Assembly: GCA_965204535.1 (NCBI GenBank)
Contig: CBDBEV010000001.1
Coordinates: 352,001-416,000 of the forward strand
DNA length: 64,000 bases
Source: a bacterium
GTDB lineage: Bacteria > UBA8248
Direction of reading: 5' to 3'
The notes beneath the pieces were generated by a model. That model searched no databases and had not been told where the DNA came from. It saw only the letters and a program-made list of their open reading frames with translations. Shown piece by piece: positions 9,600-18,634 of this stretch. Both the position numbers and the translations under genes were made by a program. Every line of letters starts with the position of its first letter. Within the stretch, counting starts at the first letter, position 1.

Positions 9600-10175
9600 G
9601 GAGTTACGGCCAAATCTGGTGTATGGCCGTCTTGAATTCAGCGGCTTCCCTTCCCGTTTCTTTTTCGTTCACTCCATCGATGAACCTCACGTCGGTGATC
9701 ACATCTGCCAGATGACGCAAGCAGCGTGGACTCGTAGTCCCTGGCGAGTCCCTCGGCCAATTCCCAGGCGAGGGCGCGTGAGGGGGCCTGGTAAGCTGCC
9801 GCGGCCCGCTCTCTGAACTCCGGCCAGAGGTCCTCGGTCACCTTCGCCGCGAGGTTCCGCATCCGGTGCGCCAGGCAGCGCTGCCGCTCCGAACGCGGGA
9901 AACACGTTTCGACCGCCTTGATGATGCCCGGCGCCCCGTCGCTCACCACCACCAGCGGGTCCCCCAGGCCGCGAGCACCGGCTCGCGCTTGCTTCCGGGG
10001 TGGGTCCGCTCGGCTATCCCGTCGATGAACAGGTAGGCGACCTCCTACTCGTCCAGCTCCCGTGTGCAAAACGCCTGGTAGTCTTCCCAGAGACGTTCTC
10101 CGAGTTCGGAGACTGCCGTGCGCGAGAGCAGAAGACGGCCGTTCTCGTCAGTGAAGACGTCCTCGATGTCACGTA
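9600..10175 (-). pseudogene. IS256-family transposase fragments
   Basis: Fragments [36 protein letters not shown] and LVVVSDGAPGIIKAVETCFPRSERQRCLAHRMRNL, with an internal stop and deletions; end-like sequence near 9600-9630. Confidence 0.8.
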
Positions 10176-10334
10176 CTCGACGAACCCTTCCGCCATCTTG
10201 AGACGACCCGGACGATGGCCGTTGCGGCAGCCTTGGCCGGGCTTCGCTCCATGCTCCTAATACGCCTAGCCCAGCGCGTCGCGGTCGCCGTGGCCCAACC
10301 TCAACCGTTCCTCGGCGGCCAGCCGCTGAAACAG

Positions 10335-10473
10335 TGTCGTCGCCGCGGCGCGGTTCCTCCACCTTGCCCACGTCGGCGCCGAGGTCGGCGAGGACCATCG
10401 TGAGGAAGGGGCCGGGGAGGAGCCGGGAAAGGTCGAGCACTCTGATGCCCTGAAGGGCACGGGCAAGGGACAT
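10335..10473 (-). pseudogene. N-terminal fragment of a CaiB/BaiF CoA-transferase
   Basis: [46 protein letters not shown], after which similarity ends. Confidence 0.75.
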
Positions 10474-10543
10474 GATGGTGACTCTGGGTCAGGTGTGGGA
10501 AGGAGTAAGCGAGAATAGTAATCTGAACATTACAAAATGTCTT

Positions 10544-11275
10544 CTATACTTTACATTTTTCGTGCCTTTGCGCCGTTCCGGGTACGGTGCCCGACTCTCC
10601 ACGCACTGCCCGTCCGGCGACCAGATCGCAGAAGACGAAACCCTCCCGCTCCACCACCTCGCCGCGGACGACCGGAACGGGACGTGAAAAGATGGAGCCG
10701 GCGCTGACGAAGGTGTGGAATTCGCCGTTTTCGCCGCACGGATCGGCGTCCCCGGGCAGGTCCGCGAGAAACTCCATGTCGAAGGGGCGCCCCGCGAAAG
10801 ACGCGTCCAGCACGGACAGGCTGACGCAGACCGTCACCGCCTCGAAGCCGTCGCGAATGAACGAGCGTGCCAGCCTGTCCGTCGGCTGTCCCCAGATGGG
10901 GAACACGGCCTCGAGCCCGCACTCCGCCAGCTGCCGCTCACGGGACTCGCGGAGGTCCTCCAGGAAGATGTCCCCAAAGGCGACCCGACGGACCCCTGCG
11001 GCGTACAGCCGGTCGAACTCCCGCCCTATCGCGCGCTCGTACACCTCGTTCGAGGACTTCGGGGGCACCACCACCTCGGCCAGCCCGATGCCGAGCGACG
11101 CGGCCTGCCCGCGCAGCAGTGAACGCCGTACCCCGTGCATGCTCACGCGGTCGTAGGCGTCGGTCACGGTGGTGATCAGCGTCTCGACACGGTACTTCCC
11201 GTCCCGCTGCAACGCGCGCAGCGCGAGACAGCTGTCCTTGCCCCCGCTGAAGCACATCGCGATCGGTTCCGGCAC
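10544..11275 (-). CDS. Diphthamide synthase-like / MJ0570-related PP-loop ATPase
   Basis: FSGGKDS, RVSMHGVR, FGDIFLED, DPCGENGEFHTFV; GTG 11275 with GGAGAGG RBS. Confidence 0.88.
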   Translation of the reverse strand: MPEPIAMCFSGGKDSCLALRALQRDGKYRVETLITTVTDAYDRVSMHGVRRSLLRGQAASLGIGLAEVVVPPKSSNEVYERAIGREFDRLYAAGVRRVAFGDIFLEDLRESRERQLAECGLEAVFPIWGQPTDRLARSFIRDGFEAVTVCVSLSVLDASFAGRPFDMEFLADLPGDADPCGENGEFHTFVSAGSIFSRPVPVVRGEVVEREGFVFCDLVAGRAVRGESGTVPGTAQRHEKCKV

Positions 11276-11440
11276 GATTGGGTGTCCTCTCCGGTTCGGT
11301 GATCCGCGGCGGGCCCCGCCATGGCGCCAGCCACGCCAACGACCAACATTAACGCCATCATGTTCTTCGCGACCCCGGCCCGTTCTCGGCTCGTCCGCCG
11401 CCGCCCTCATTCTGGCCACCTGCTCGCCCGGCCCCGGCAT

Positions 11441-11900
11441 CTATTTCTGACAATTTTTGTGACGATTACTTTTCCTGCAATTCTGGGAAAAATGTTGCGC
11501 CTTTTGCTGCCGGCGCTGTTTACAGCTACGATCTGGGTGCTATGCAGATTCGCATTCCTTAGCAAAAAAATGACTTATATCAAAAGACCCGCTTCTTTAC
11601 CTAAATTATTTGATCTTCCTCACGTTTGTGGTGCTCTATATACATATAGCAATTTATTTCTGGGCCGAGTCAACTCCCCACGGACGGGGGGTCAATGTCA
11701 TTACAAGCATCATCGGTGTCGTTCCCGGCATTTTGTCATTCTTTGACGTAATTGGCGTCAAAATTAACGGTAAATTAGAGCCAACCATTCTTGTCGATCC
11801 GTTCGGAACTGGAAGTTCCATTTTGAATTACATCGGAATCGTTGTGTTCCTTGCTGTTGTTTTCTTCCCACATATTCTCCGTTGCTTACAAGATGGCTAA
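11441..11900 (+). pseudogene. Low-GC, 5'-truncated and frameshifted membrane protein fragment
   Basis: Abrupt AT-rich segment; hydrophobic helices split across two frames (ORFs ending 11746 and 11900); no start or RBS. Confidence 0.4.
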
Positions 11901-12050
11901 AAGAGCAGAATATAGAAAAGACGAATCGGTGGACAAATACTAATAAAATCCCTCCTATCTCGACCGTTTATCATATGCATATTGATAAATATCTTAAATA
12001 CAGTTAAATTTATTGCTATTATGTCGACCTATAATCAAAGAAACAAATCC

Positions 12051-12857
12051 GTGAGACTCAATGAATTCCTGGATCGGCGCGCCGTGTTCACGATGGACGA
12101 ACTGGATCGTTTCCTGTCCGAGCGTGGATCCGGAAACACCCACACCCGCAAGTCGCTGCTGGCCTACCACCGCAGGCAAGGCCGGATCGTCCATGTGCGC
12201 CGCGGCCTGTATGCGACGCTTCCCCGGGGTATGGACCCGGAAACCACACCGGTCGATCCATTCCTGGTGGCGGCCAAGATGACCGGGGACGCGGTGCTGG
12301 GCTACCACACGGCCCTGGAGTTCCACGGGAGGGCATACTCGGTCCACTGGAGGCTGGTCTACGTCTCGGCGACCAAGTCGCTTCCGCTTACCTTCCAATC
12401 CCACGAGTTCCGGCGCGCGCCCGTGCCACCGCCACTGCTGGCGAAAGGAGAGGAGATGTTCGGGGTCAACCGCCATGAGCGCTCCGGCGTGAAACTCCGG
12501 GTGACCGGCCACGAAAGAACCCTGGTCGATGCGCTGGACCGGCCGGACCTGACCGGAACCTGGGAGGAGATATGGCGGTCCCTGGAATCGGTGGAGTTCT
12601 TCGATCTGGAACAGGTCATCGAGTACACCCGCCTGCTGGAGAACGCGACCACGGCGGCGAAGGTGGGGTTTTTCCTGGAACAGCACAGGGAGCCCTTGAT
12701 GGTGGAGGAGACCCACCTTGATGCCTTGCGCAAGCTGCGCCCGAGGCAGCCCCACCATATGACGCGAGGCAGGCCGAGGGGTTGCCTGTTGGTGAAAGAC
12801 TGGAACCTGATGGTTCCGGATGAAATCCTGAATCGGTCCTGGGAAGAGGTATCGTGA
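12051..12857 (+). CDS. abiEi: AbiEi-type type IV TA antitoxin / transcriptional regulator
   Basis: wHTH VFTMDEL..RVRRGLY-like, GYHTALEFHG, VTGHERTLVDALDRPDL; overlaps the downstream toxin gene; TATAAT at 12030-12035. Confidence 0.88.
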   Translation: MRLNEFLDRRAVFTMDELDRFLSERGSGNTHTRKSLLAYHRRQGRIVHVRRGLYATLPRGMDPETTPVDPFLVAAKMTGDAVLGYHTALEFHGRAYSVHWRLVYVSATKSLPLTFQSHEFRRAPVPPPLLAKGEEMFGVNRHERSGVKLRVTGHERTLVDALDRPDLTGTWEEIWRSLESVEFFDLEQVIEYTRLLENATTAAKVGFFLEQHREPLMVEETHLDALRKLRPRQPHHMTRGRPRGCLLVKDWNLMVPDEILNRSWEEVS

Positions 12858-13825
12858 GATTCTCCGCCTCGGAAATCCTGCCCGTGGCCCGAGCCAACGG
12901 ATTCAACGCGGAGGTGGTCGAGAAGGTTTTCTGCCTGGTGCATCTCCTGAACGCCCTGAACACGCACCCCTCGCTCAAGGGAAGATGGGTCCTGAAGGGC
13001 GGCACGGCCCTGAACCTGTTCGTCCTCCGCCATCCCCGGTTGTCCGTGGATATCGATCTCAACTACATCGGCGCACTGGAGCGCGAGGAAATGCTGGAGG
13101 AGCGGCCGAGGATCGAGCGGGCGGCCCAGGCGGTCTTCTCCCGCGAGGGGTTCACGGTCCGGAGGACGCCGAGCGAACACGCCGGAGGCAAGTGGCGGTT
13201 GAGCTATTCGAGCTATACCGGGCAGTCCGGGAGCCTCGAAGTCGATTTGAATTTCATGTTCAGGCAACCGCTTTGGGAGATCTACCAGGCCGATTCACAT
13301 CCACTCGGGAACTACCAGGCCAAAGACGTTCCCGTGCTCGATCTGCATGAACTCGTGGCCGGCAAGCTCTCGGCGCTTTTTTCTCGCAGACAGGCGAGAG
13401 ATCTGTTCGATTGTCACCGCATACTCGATACGGACACTCTTCAGCGCGAGCGGCTCCGCATCGCCTTCGTCGTCTACGGGGCGATGAACCGCAAGGACTG
13501 GCGAACCATCTCCGTCGCAGACGTGGACTACGATGAATCGGAGTTGGCGAGACAACTCGATCCCACTCTTCGAGTCCGTCAGCCGGGAGAACAGGCGTCA
13601 CTCGCTGAATACGGGGCGCAACTGCTGGGGGAGACCAGGAGGAGCCTGTCCGCTTTGCTTCCGTTTACCGATGCCGAGCAGGCGTTTCTCGATCTCCTGT
13701 TGGACAAAGGCGAAATCGACGCGACGATCCTGACCTCCGATACATCCTTGCAAAAACGCATCCAGGTCCAACCGCTTCTGGAATGGAAGGCCCTCAACGT
13801 GCGTCGACACAAGGGATTGTCCTGA
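12854..13825 (+). CDS. abiEii: AbiEii/AbiGii nucleotidyltransferase toxin
   Basis: VLKGGTALNLF..RLSVDIDLNY, GKLSAL..R..ARDLFD; GTGA overlap with the antitoxin stop. Confidence 0.92.
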   Translation: MRFSASEILPVARANGFNAEVVEKVFCLVHLLNALNTHPSLKGRWVLKGGTALNLFVLRHPRLSVDIDLNYIGALEREEMLEERPRIERAAQAVFSREGFTVRRTPSEHAGGKWRLSYSSYTGQSGSLEVDLNFMFRQPLWEIYQADSHPLGNYQAKDVPVLDLHELVAGKLSALFSRRQARDLFDCHRILDTDTLQRERLRIAFVVYGAMNRKDWRTISVADVDYDESELARQLDPTLRVRQPGEQASLAEYGAQLLGETRRSLSALLPFTDAEQAFLDLLLDKGEIDATILTSDTSLQKRIQVQPLLEWKALNVRRHKGLS

Positions 13826-14336
13826 CACGAAATCGCGCATGTTGACCATCAACGCGCTACACGGCCACTTCGAGGAGTTTGGGGTATCGCTCCGCAAGGA
13901 CCGGCTAATGTCGGCCAGTCGGCGAGTATCCGGGTTCGGGGCTGCCTGAAGTGGTTCTCGATCCAAGAGAGGTTCTCCGAGGTCGGCTTAAGGCATACAG
14001 AACATTATTCGCACGTCACAGCGAACATGCGGCCCCACAAGTACCCGACAAGTCCCCTTCAAGTCAGAAATCTCATCCGTTCCCCGGAAGGCGAACGGAC
14101 ACGAGCGAAAACTCTTCAGAATCGGGGGCTCAAGGATCGGACGAATCTGGCCAAGGAATACGTGCAACCGCCTCTTTCGCGGGCCCTATCGAGATGATCG
14201 TCCCGGACAAGCCCCGAAGCAACAAATAGAAGTAGCGGGGCGGACTTTGGAAGACGCCCCGACAGGTGTAAGCGTTCGGGCGGGCCGTGATGGTAGTGCC
14301 TTGAAGCAGTAGTTCGGGCCGGAATGGGGGATGATT

Positions 14337-15209
14337 TTACCGGTTGAGGACTTGCTTCCAGTTTCTGCGCAACGGTCGTAGCCAGATGTCCTTTTTCGGT
14401 TGGTCTCGTTTCGTGTATCTGTCGTAGCGTCCACGCCCCTGGGTCATACCGACGTGAATCCACCCCGATGCCCTGTAGACGGCGCCGGTGTAGCGCGGCG
14501 TCTCGACGAAGGTCTCGACGAGGACGGGTGTCGTGCCATAGCGCTCGGTCCAGTCCTCGGGCAGGCGCCTGCGGATGATGGCGAGGAGGTGTGAGCCGAG
14601 GTTGAGGATCCTGATCCATGGCAGGATGAGGAACCTCGGGTTGTCGACCACGAGGGGGAGGTTCTTCTCGCGCAGCTGCGGCGTCCAGCCGATGAAGCTG
14701 TCGCGCGGGGCGAGCTTCCACGCGGCGGTGGAGAAGCCGAGCATGGCGAGGGGCCTGCCGCCCCGGTCGTGGACGGCGTAGCGCATCTGCGCGCCGACGA
14801 GGGTCTTGTAGCCGAGGTAGTGGTAGCGGGCGACGAACTCGTTCCAGAGCCTGCCCTCGCGGGTTCCGCGCACGGCGACGCGCATATCGAGGGGGCGGAC
14901 TTCGTCGAGGGTCTCAGGCGCCGGGATGAGGGGAGGTTCGGTGTCGGGTCCGAAGACGATCGGCCCGGGCCGGTTCTGGCGCCACTTCGGTGGGGGCAGC
15001 GTGATCAGGCCGTCCTTGTGCATGGCCAGCATAGTCACCCGGGCCATCATGTCCTTGAGTCCGCCGTCGGGCTTGTACCAGCCGATTCGGCGGCAGAACT
15101 CCTTCGATAGCGCATGGCGGTTGAGCGCAGGTGGACCTGCGATCAGTTCGCGCAGCAGCGCCATCTCTTCCGTCGTGAAGTCGCGTCCGTGGTAGCGGCA
15201 CTCGGTCAC
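14337..15209 (-). CDS. DUF4338 / Druantia DruA-like protein
   Basis: RYHYLGYKTLVGAQMRY, GFSTAAWKLAPRDSFIGW, VDNPRFLILPW, PVLVETFVE, YRASGWIHVGMTQGRGR. Confidence 0.88.
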   Translation of the reverse strand: MTECRYHGRDFTTEEMALLRELIAGPPALNRHALSKEFCRRIGWYKPDGGLKDMMARVTMLAMHKDGLITLPPPKWRQNRPGPIVFGPDTEPPLIPAPETLDEVRPLDMRVAVRGTREGRLWNEFVARYHYLGYKTLVGAQMRYAVHDRGGRPLAMLGFSTAAWKLAPRDSFIGWTPQLREKNLPLVVDNPRFLILPWIRILNLGSHLLAIIRRRLPEDWTERYGTTPVLVETFVETPRYTGAVYRASGWIHVGMTQGRGRYDRYTKRDQPKKDIWLRPLRRNWKQVLNR

Positions 15210-15213
15210 GGCG

Positions 15214-17568
15214 TCATCCCGGCGCCGTGAGGGCGCGCCTGCGCTCCGTGCTCATCGACCAGGGCAGCCACGCGGAGAGGTCCCCGGGCGCCCGGCCGCC
15301 GTTCTCCGCGCAGGCCGTGAGCCATGCCTCCAGCCAGCGGAGCGGGTCGACCCCGTTCGACGCGAGGGTTCCGAGGACCGAGTACATCATCGCCGTAAAC
15401 CTGGCGCCGGCCTCGCTGTCGGAGCCGAACGAGAGCCGCCTGCCGATCACAGGGCCCCGAAGCGCACGTTCGCTGGCGTTGTTATCCATCGGCACCGAGG
15501 GGCGTTCGATGAAGACGCTCAGCCCCTCGCGGTGGTTCAGCAGCGAGCGAAGCGCCTTGCCCTCGCGCGCCTGCGCGGGCAGAGCGGCCATCTCCCGTCG
15601 GGCCTGCGCGAACAGGTCCTTGAGCGCCTTCTTCAATTCGTCGTGCGCCGCGTCGAACGCCGCATCCTGGCGTTCGACGCCCGGGTCGTAACTGGCCAGG
15701 CGCGCCTCGTTCAGGCGGTAAAGCAAGGCAATCCGCTCGATCCATCTCTCGCACCACGGCGTCAGCCGCTCATCGCCGGCGGCGCAGTGGATATAATCGC
15801 GCCGGACGTGACTCCAGCACCATGCGAGAGTCACCAGACCCCCGGGAATGCGCGCCAGCTTCTTGTAGGCGCTGTAGCGGTCGCAGACGATGACCGTATG
15901 GGAGCCGGCCGCGCCGAACAGCTTCATCGCGACCTCAGCACTCCGCGAGGGGTCGACGTGGAAGTAGACGGAGTCTGCGCTGACCGAGGTCCACAGCCAG
16001 GCGCGGCTCGAGCGTCCTTGTTCGCGAAGCGACTGAACGCGCCACGTCGTCTCGTCCCCGTGACGCACCGCCGCTTCGTTCTGGCGGTCGAGGATCGCCG
16101 CAGCCAGCGGCTCGAAGAGCGGCGTGAAGCGGTGCGTGCTGTCGCCCAGTGTGCCTGCAGAGACCGGAAGCCCCTGGTCGGAGAGCCACGCGGCGACCCG
16201 GCGCAGCGGGCGGAAGCAGGCGTAGCGCTCGAACAGGAAGCGCGCCCACACGCTCGTCCCGTAAGGCGTGCCCGCGAACAGGCGCGGCGCGGCGGGCGCC
16301 GACACTTCCACCGGAGACGACGCGCACGCGCATCTCCTGCGCCATCTCGGACGGCGGATGACGCGCTTGTGGGCCGAGACTTCGATCTCGAAGATGGAGG
16401 AGACCTCGGCGCCATTGGCCACGTAGGGCTTCCCGCAACCGGCGCAGACGCGCGCACCGGCCGGCGGGTTGCGAACTTCGGTCCTCTCATCGAGCGCGGG
16501 CCGCGGGGTGCGGCCATGACCGGCGGCGCCGGGTTGCCGGCCGCGCCTGCGCTCCGAGCGCGGCCTCTCCTGCCGTTCGCTCTTGCGCCCGAACAGTCTT
16601 CTCGCCAGCACCGCTCCGGTGGCGCGAAGCTTCGCGAGATCGGCCTCCAGCCGCGCCCGGATGGTCTCTGACTTGCGGAGCGCCCTGCGAAGACGCCCGT
16701 TCTCCCTCGACAGCGACCTGAGCGCCGTCTTCTGGCGCCGCGACCTCCCCAGGGCCTTGCGCAGTTCCTCATCTGCACGAGACGGCGACTTCGAGCGCGC
16801 CGCCTCGAGAGCGCGCAGCAACCGCGCCTTCAGCCGTTCGGTCGCAATGCCTACGGCCCCCAGGGAGACTTCAAGACGGTAGACCTCCGCAGACAGCGAC
16901 TCGACCACCTCCGCCTGGTCGCGCAATCGCCTCAACTTCCTGTAGAGCCCGATGGCCTCCTCGTCCAGGCTCCGAATGGTCTCCTTGTCGGTCGCCGACT
17001 TCTGCTTCTCCAGGGCCAGACGATCTTCGAGCCGGGCAACTTCCTTCTCCCGCCGGCCGACCTCCTTGCGCAGGGCATGAATCGTCTCCTTGCGCTCCTC
17101 CAGGGCCTTGCGCAGCCGCCCCGCCTCCCCCGGCGACGGCACGCCCGAGAGCTCCTTGCGAAGCCGGACGACCTCCATGCGCAGCGACATGAGCGGGCTG
17201 CGCTTGCGCGGATCGACCCCCGCCTCCGCAAGCAGCTTCTCCAGCCGCGCCACTTCCGCCTTGAGCGACAGCGCGTCCTTCGCCGCGCGGCGGGCTTCCT
17301 TCGCCTCCCCGGCGGCCGCCTCGAGCTTCTTCCGGCTGGCGTCGAGATGCCGCTTCAGCTTGCCCGCACGGGAGCGGGAATCCACTTCCGCCCAACGCAA
17401 CTCCTCGCAGCGCGCCTCCGCCGCCTCCGCGCGCGCACGCTCGCGCTCGTACAGCGAACGCCAGTACGCCTCTGCGGTTGTGGACAACCCGGGGGAATGA
17501 GGCCATGGCTCATCCGGCCTCTCGGCCAACGCCAACTCCGTCTCGACAGCTTCTGCGCGAATCTTCAT
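15214..17568 (-). CDS. IS66-family transposase with long N-terminal coiled coil
   Basis: LFGRKSER, CAGCG..CAC zinc motif, HGDETTWRV, VCDRYSAY, CWSHVRR, MDNNASERALR. Confidence 0.92.
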   Translation of the reverse strand: MKIRAEAVETELALAERPDEPWPHSPGLSTTAEAYWRSLYERERARAEAAEARCEELRWAEVDSRSRAGKLKRHLDASRKKLEAAAGEAKEARRAAKDALSLKAEVARLEKLLAEAGVDPRKRSPLMSLRMEVVRLRKELSGVPSPGEAGRLRKALEERKETIHALRKEVGRREKEVARLEDRLALEKQKSATDKETIRSLDEEAIGLYRKLRRLRDQAEVVESLSAEVYRLEVSLGAVGIATERLKARLLRALEAARSKSPSRADEELRKALGRSRRQKTALRSLSRENGRLRRALRKSETIRARLEADLAKLRATGAVLARRLFGRKSERQERPRSERRRGRQPGAAGHGRTPRPALDERTEVRNPPAGARVCAGCGKPYVANGAEVSSIFEIEVSAHKRVIRRPRWRRRCACASSPVEVSAPAAPRLFAGTPYGTSVWARFLFERYACFRPLRRVAAWLSDQGLPVSAGTLGDSTHRFTPLFEPLAAAILDRQNEAAVRHGDETTWRVQSLREQGRSSRAWLWTSVSADSVYFHVDPSRSAEVAMKLFGAAGSHTVIVCDRYSAYKKLARIPGGLVTLAWCWSHVRRDYIHCAAGDERLTPWCERWIERIALLYRLNEARLASYDPGVERQDAAFDAAHDELKKALKDLFAQARREMAALPAQAREGKALRSLLNHREGLSVFIERPSVPMDNNASERALRGPVIGRRLSFGSDSEAGARFTAMMYSVLGTLASNGVDPLRWLEAWLTACAENGGRAPGDLSAWLPWSMSTERRRALTAPG

Positions 17569-17757
17569 GCCGACATCATTAGCACATGTCGAATCGCGTT
17601 ACCAGTCGCCCGGGAAAATTCTATCCGATGGAGGCGATGCGCCCGGCGCCGGGTCCATCACGGCCCGCCCGAACGCTTACACCGACAGGTAAGCGTTCGG
17701 GCGGGCCGTGATGGTAGTGCCTTGAAGCAGTAGTTCGGGCCGGAATGGGGGATGATT

Positions 17758-18630
17758 TTACCGGTTGAGGACTTGCTTCCAGTTTCTGCGCAACGGTCGT
17801 AGCCAGATGTCCTTTTTCGGTTGGTCTCGTTTCGTGTATCTGTCGTAGCGTCCACGCCCCTGGGTCATACCGACGTGAATCCACCCCGATGCCCTGTAGA
17901 CGGCGCCGGTGTAGCGCGGCGTCTCGACGAAGGTCTCGACGAGGACGGGTGTCGTGCCATAGCGCTCGGTCCAGTCCTCGGGCAGGCGCCTGCGGATGAT
18001 GGCGAGGAGGTGTGAGCCGAGGTTGAGGATCCTGATCCATGGCAGGATGAGGAACCTCGGGTTGTCGACCACGAGGGGGAGGTTCTTCTCGCGCAGCTGC
18101 GGCGTCCAGCCGATGAAGCTGTCGCGCGGGGCGAGCTTCCACGCGGCGGTGGAGAAGCCGAGCATGGCGAGGGGCCTGCCGCCCCGGTCGTGGACGGCGT
18201 AGCGCATCTGCGCGCCGACGAGGGTCTTGTAGCCGAGGTAGTGGTAGCGGGCGACGAACTCGTTCCAGAGCCTGCCCTCGCGGGTTCCGCGCACGGCGAC
18301 GCGCATATCGAGGGGGCGGACTTCGTCGAGGGTCTCAGGCGCCGGGATGAGGGGAGGTTCGGTGTCGGGTCCGAAGACGATCGGCCCGGGCCGGTTCTGG
18401 CGCCACTTCGGTGGGGGCAGCGTGATCAGGCCGTCCTTGTGCATGGCCAGCATAGTCACCCGGGCCATCATGTCCTTGAGTCCGCCGTCGGGCTTGTACC
18501 AGCCGATTCGGCGGCAGAACTCCTTCGATAGCGCATGGCGGTTGAGCGCAGGTGGACCTGCGATCAGTTCGCGCAGCAGCGCCATCTCTTCCGTCGTGAA
18601 GTCGCGTCCGTGGTAGCGGCACTCGGTCAC
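17758..18630 (-). CDS. DUF4338 / DruA-like protein (copy 2)
   Basis: Translation identical to 14337-15209. Confidence 0.88.
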   Translation of the reverse strand: MTECRYHGRDFTTEEMALLRELIAGPPALNRHALSKEFCRRIGWYKPDGGLKDMMARVTMLAMHKDGLITLPPPKWRQNRPGPIVFGPDTEPPLIPAPETLDEVRPLDMRVAVRGTREGRLWNEFVARYHYLGYKTLVGAQMRYAVHDRGGRPLAMLGFSTAAWKLAPRDSFIGWTPQLREKNLPLVVDNPRFLILPWIRILNLGSHLLAIIRRRLPEDWTERYGTTPVLVETFVETPRYTGAVYRASGWIHVGMTQGRGRYDRYTKRDQPKKDIWLRPLRRNWKQVLNR

Positions 18631-18634
18631 GGCG

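Larger units (their letters stand above)
14268..17680 (-). mobile_element. IS66-family element with DUF4338 passenger, copy 1 (3413 bp)
   Basis: Perfect 26-bp IRs GTAAGCGTTCGGGCGGGCCGTGATGG / CCATCACGGCCCGCCCGAACGCTTAC (IS66-type GTAA ends); preceded by CCGACAGGT (14259-14267). Confidence 0.93.

Noticed and set aside
14337-18630. Complete Druantia defence system
   Set aside because: Only DruA-like genes inside IS ends; no DruE helicase or other Dru genes.
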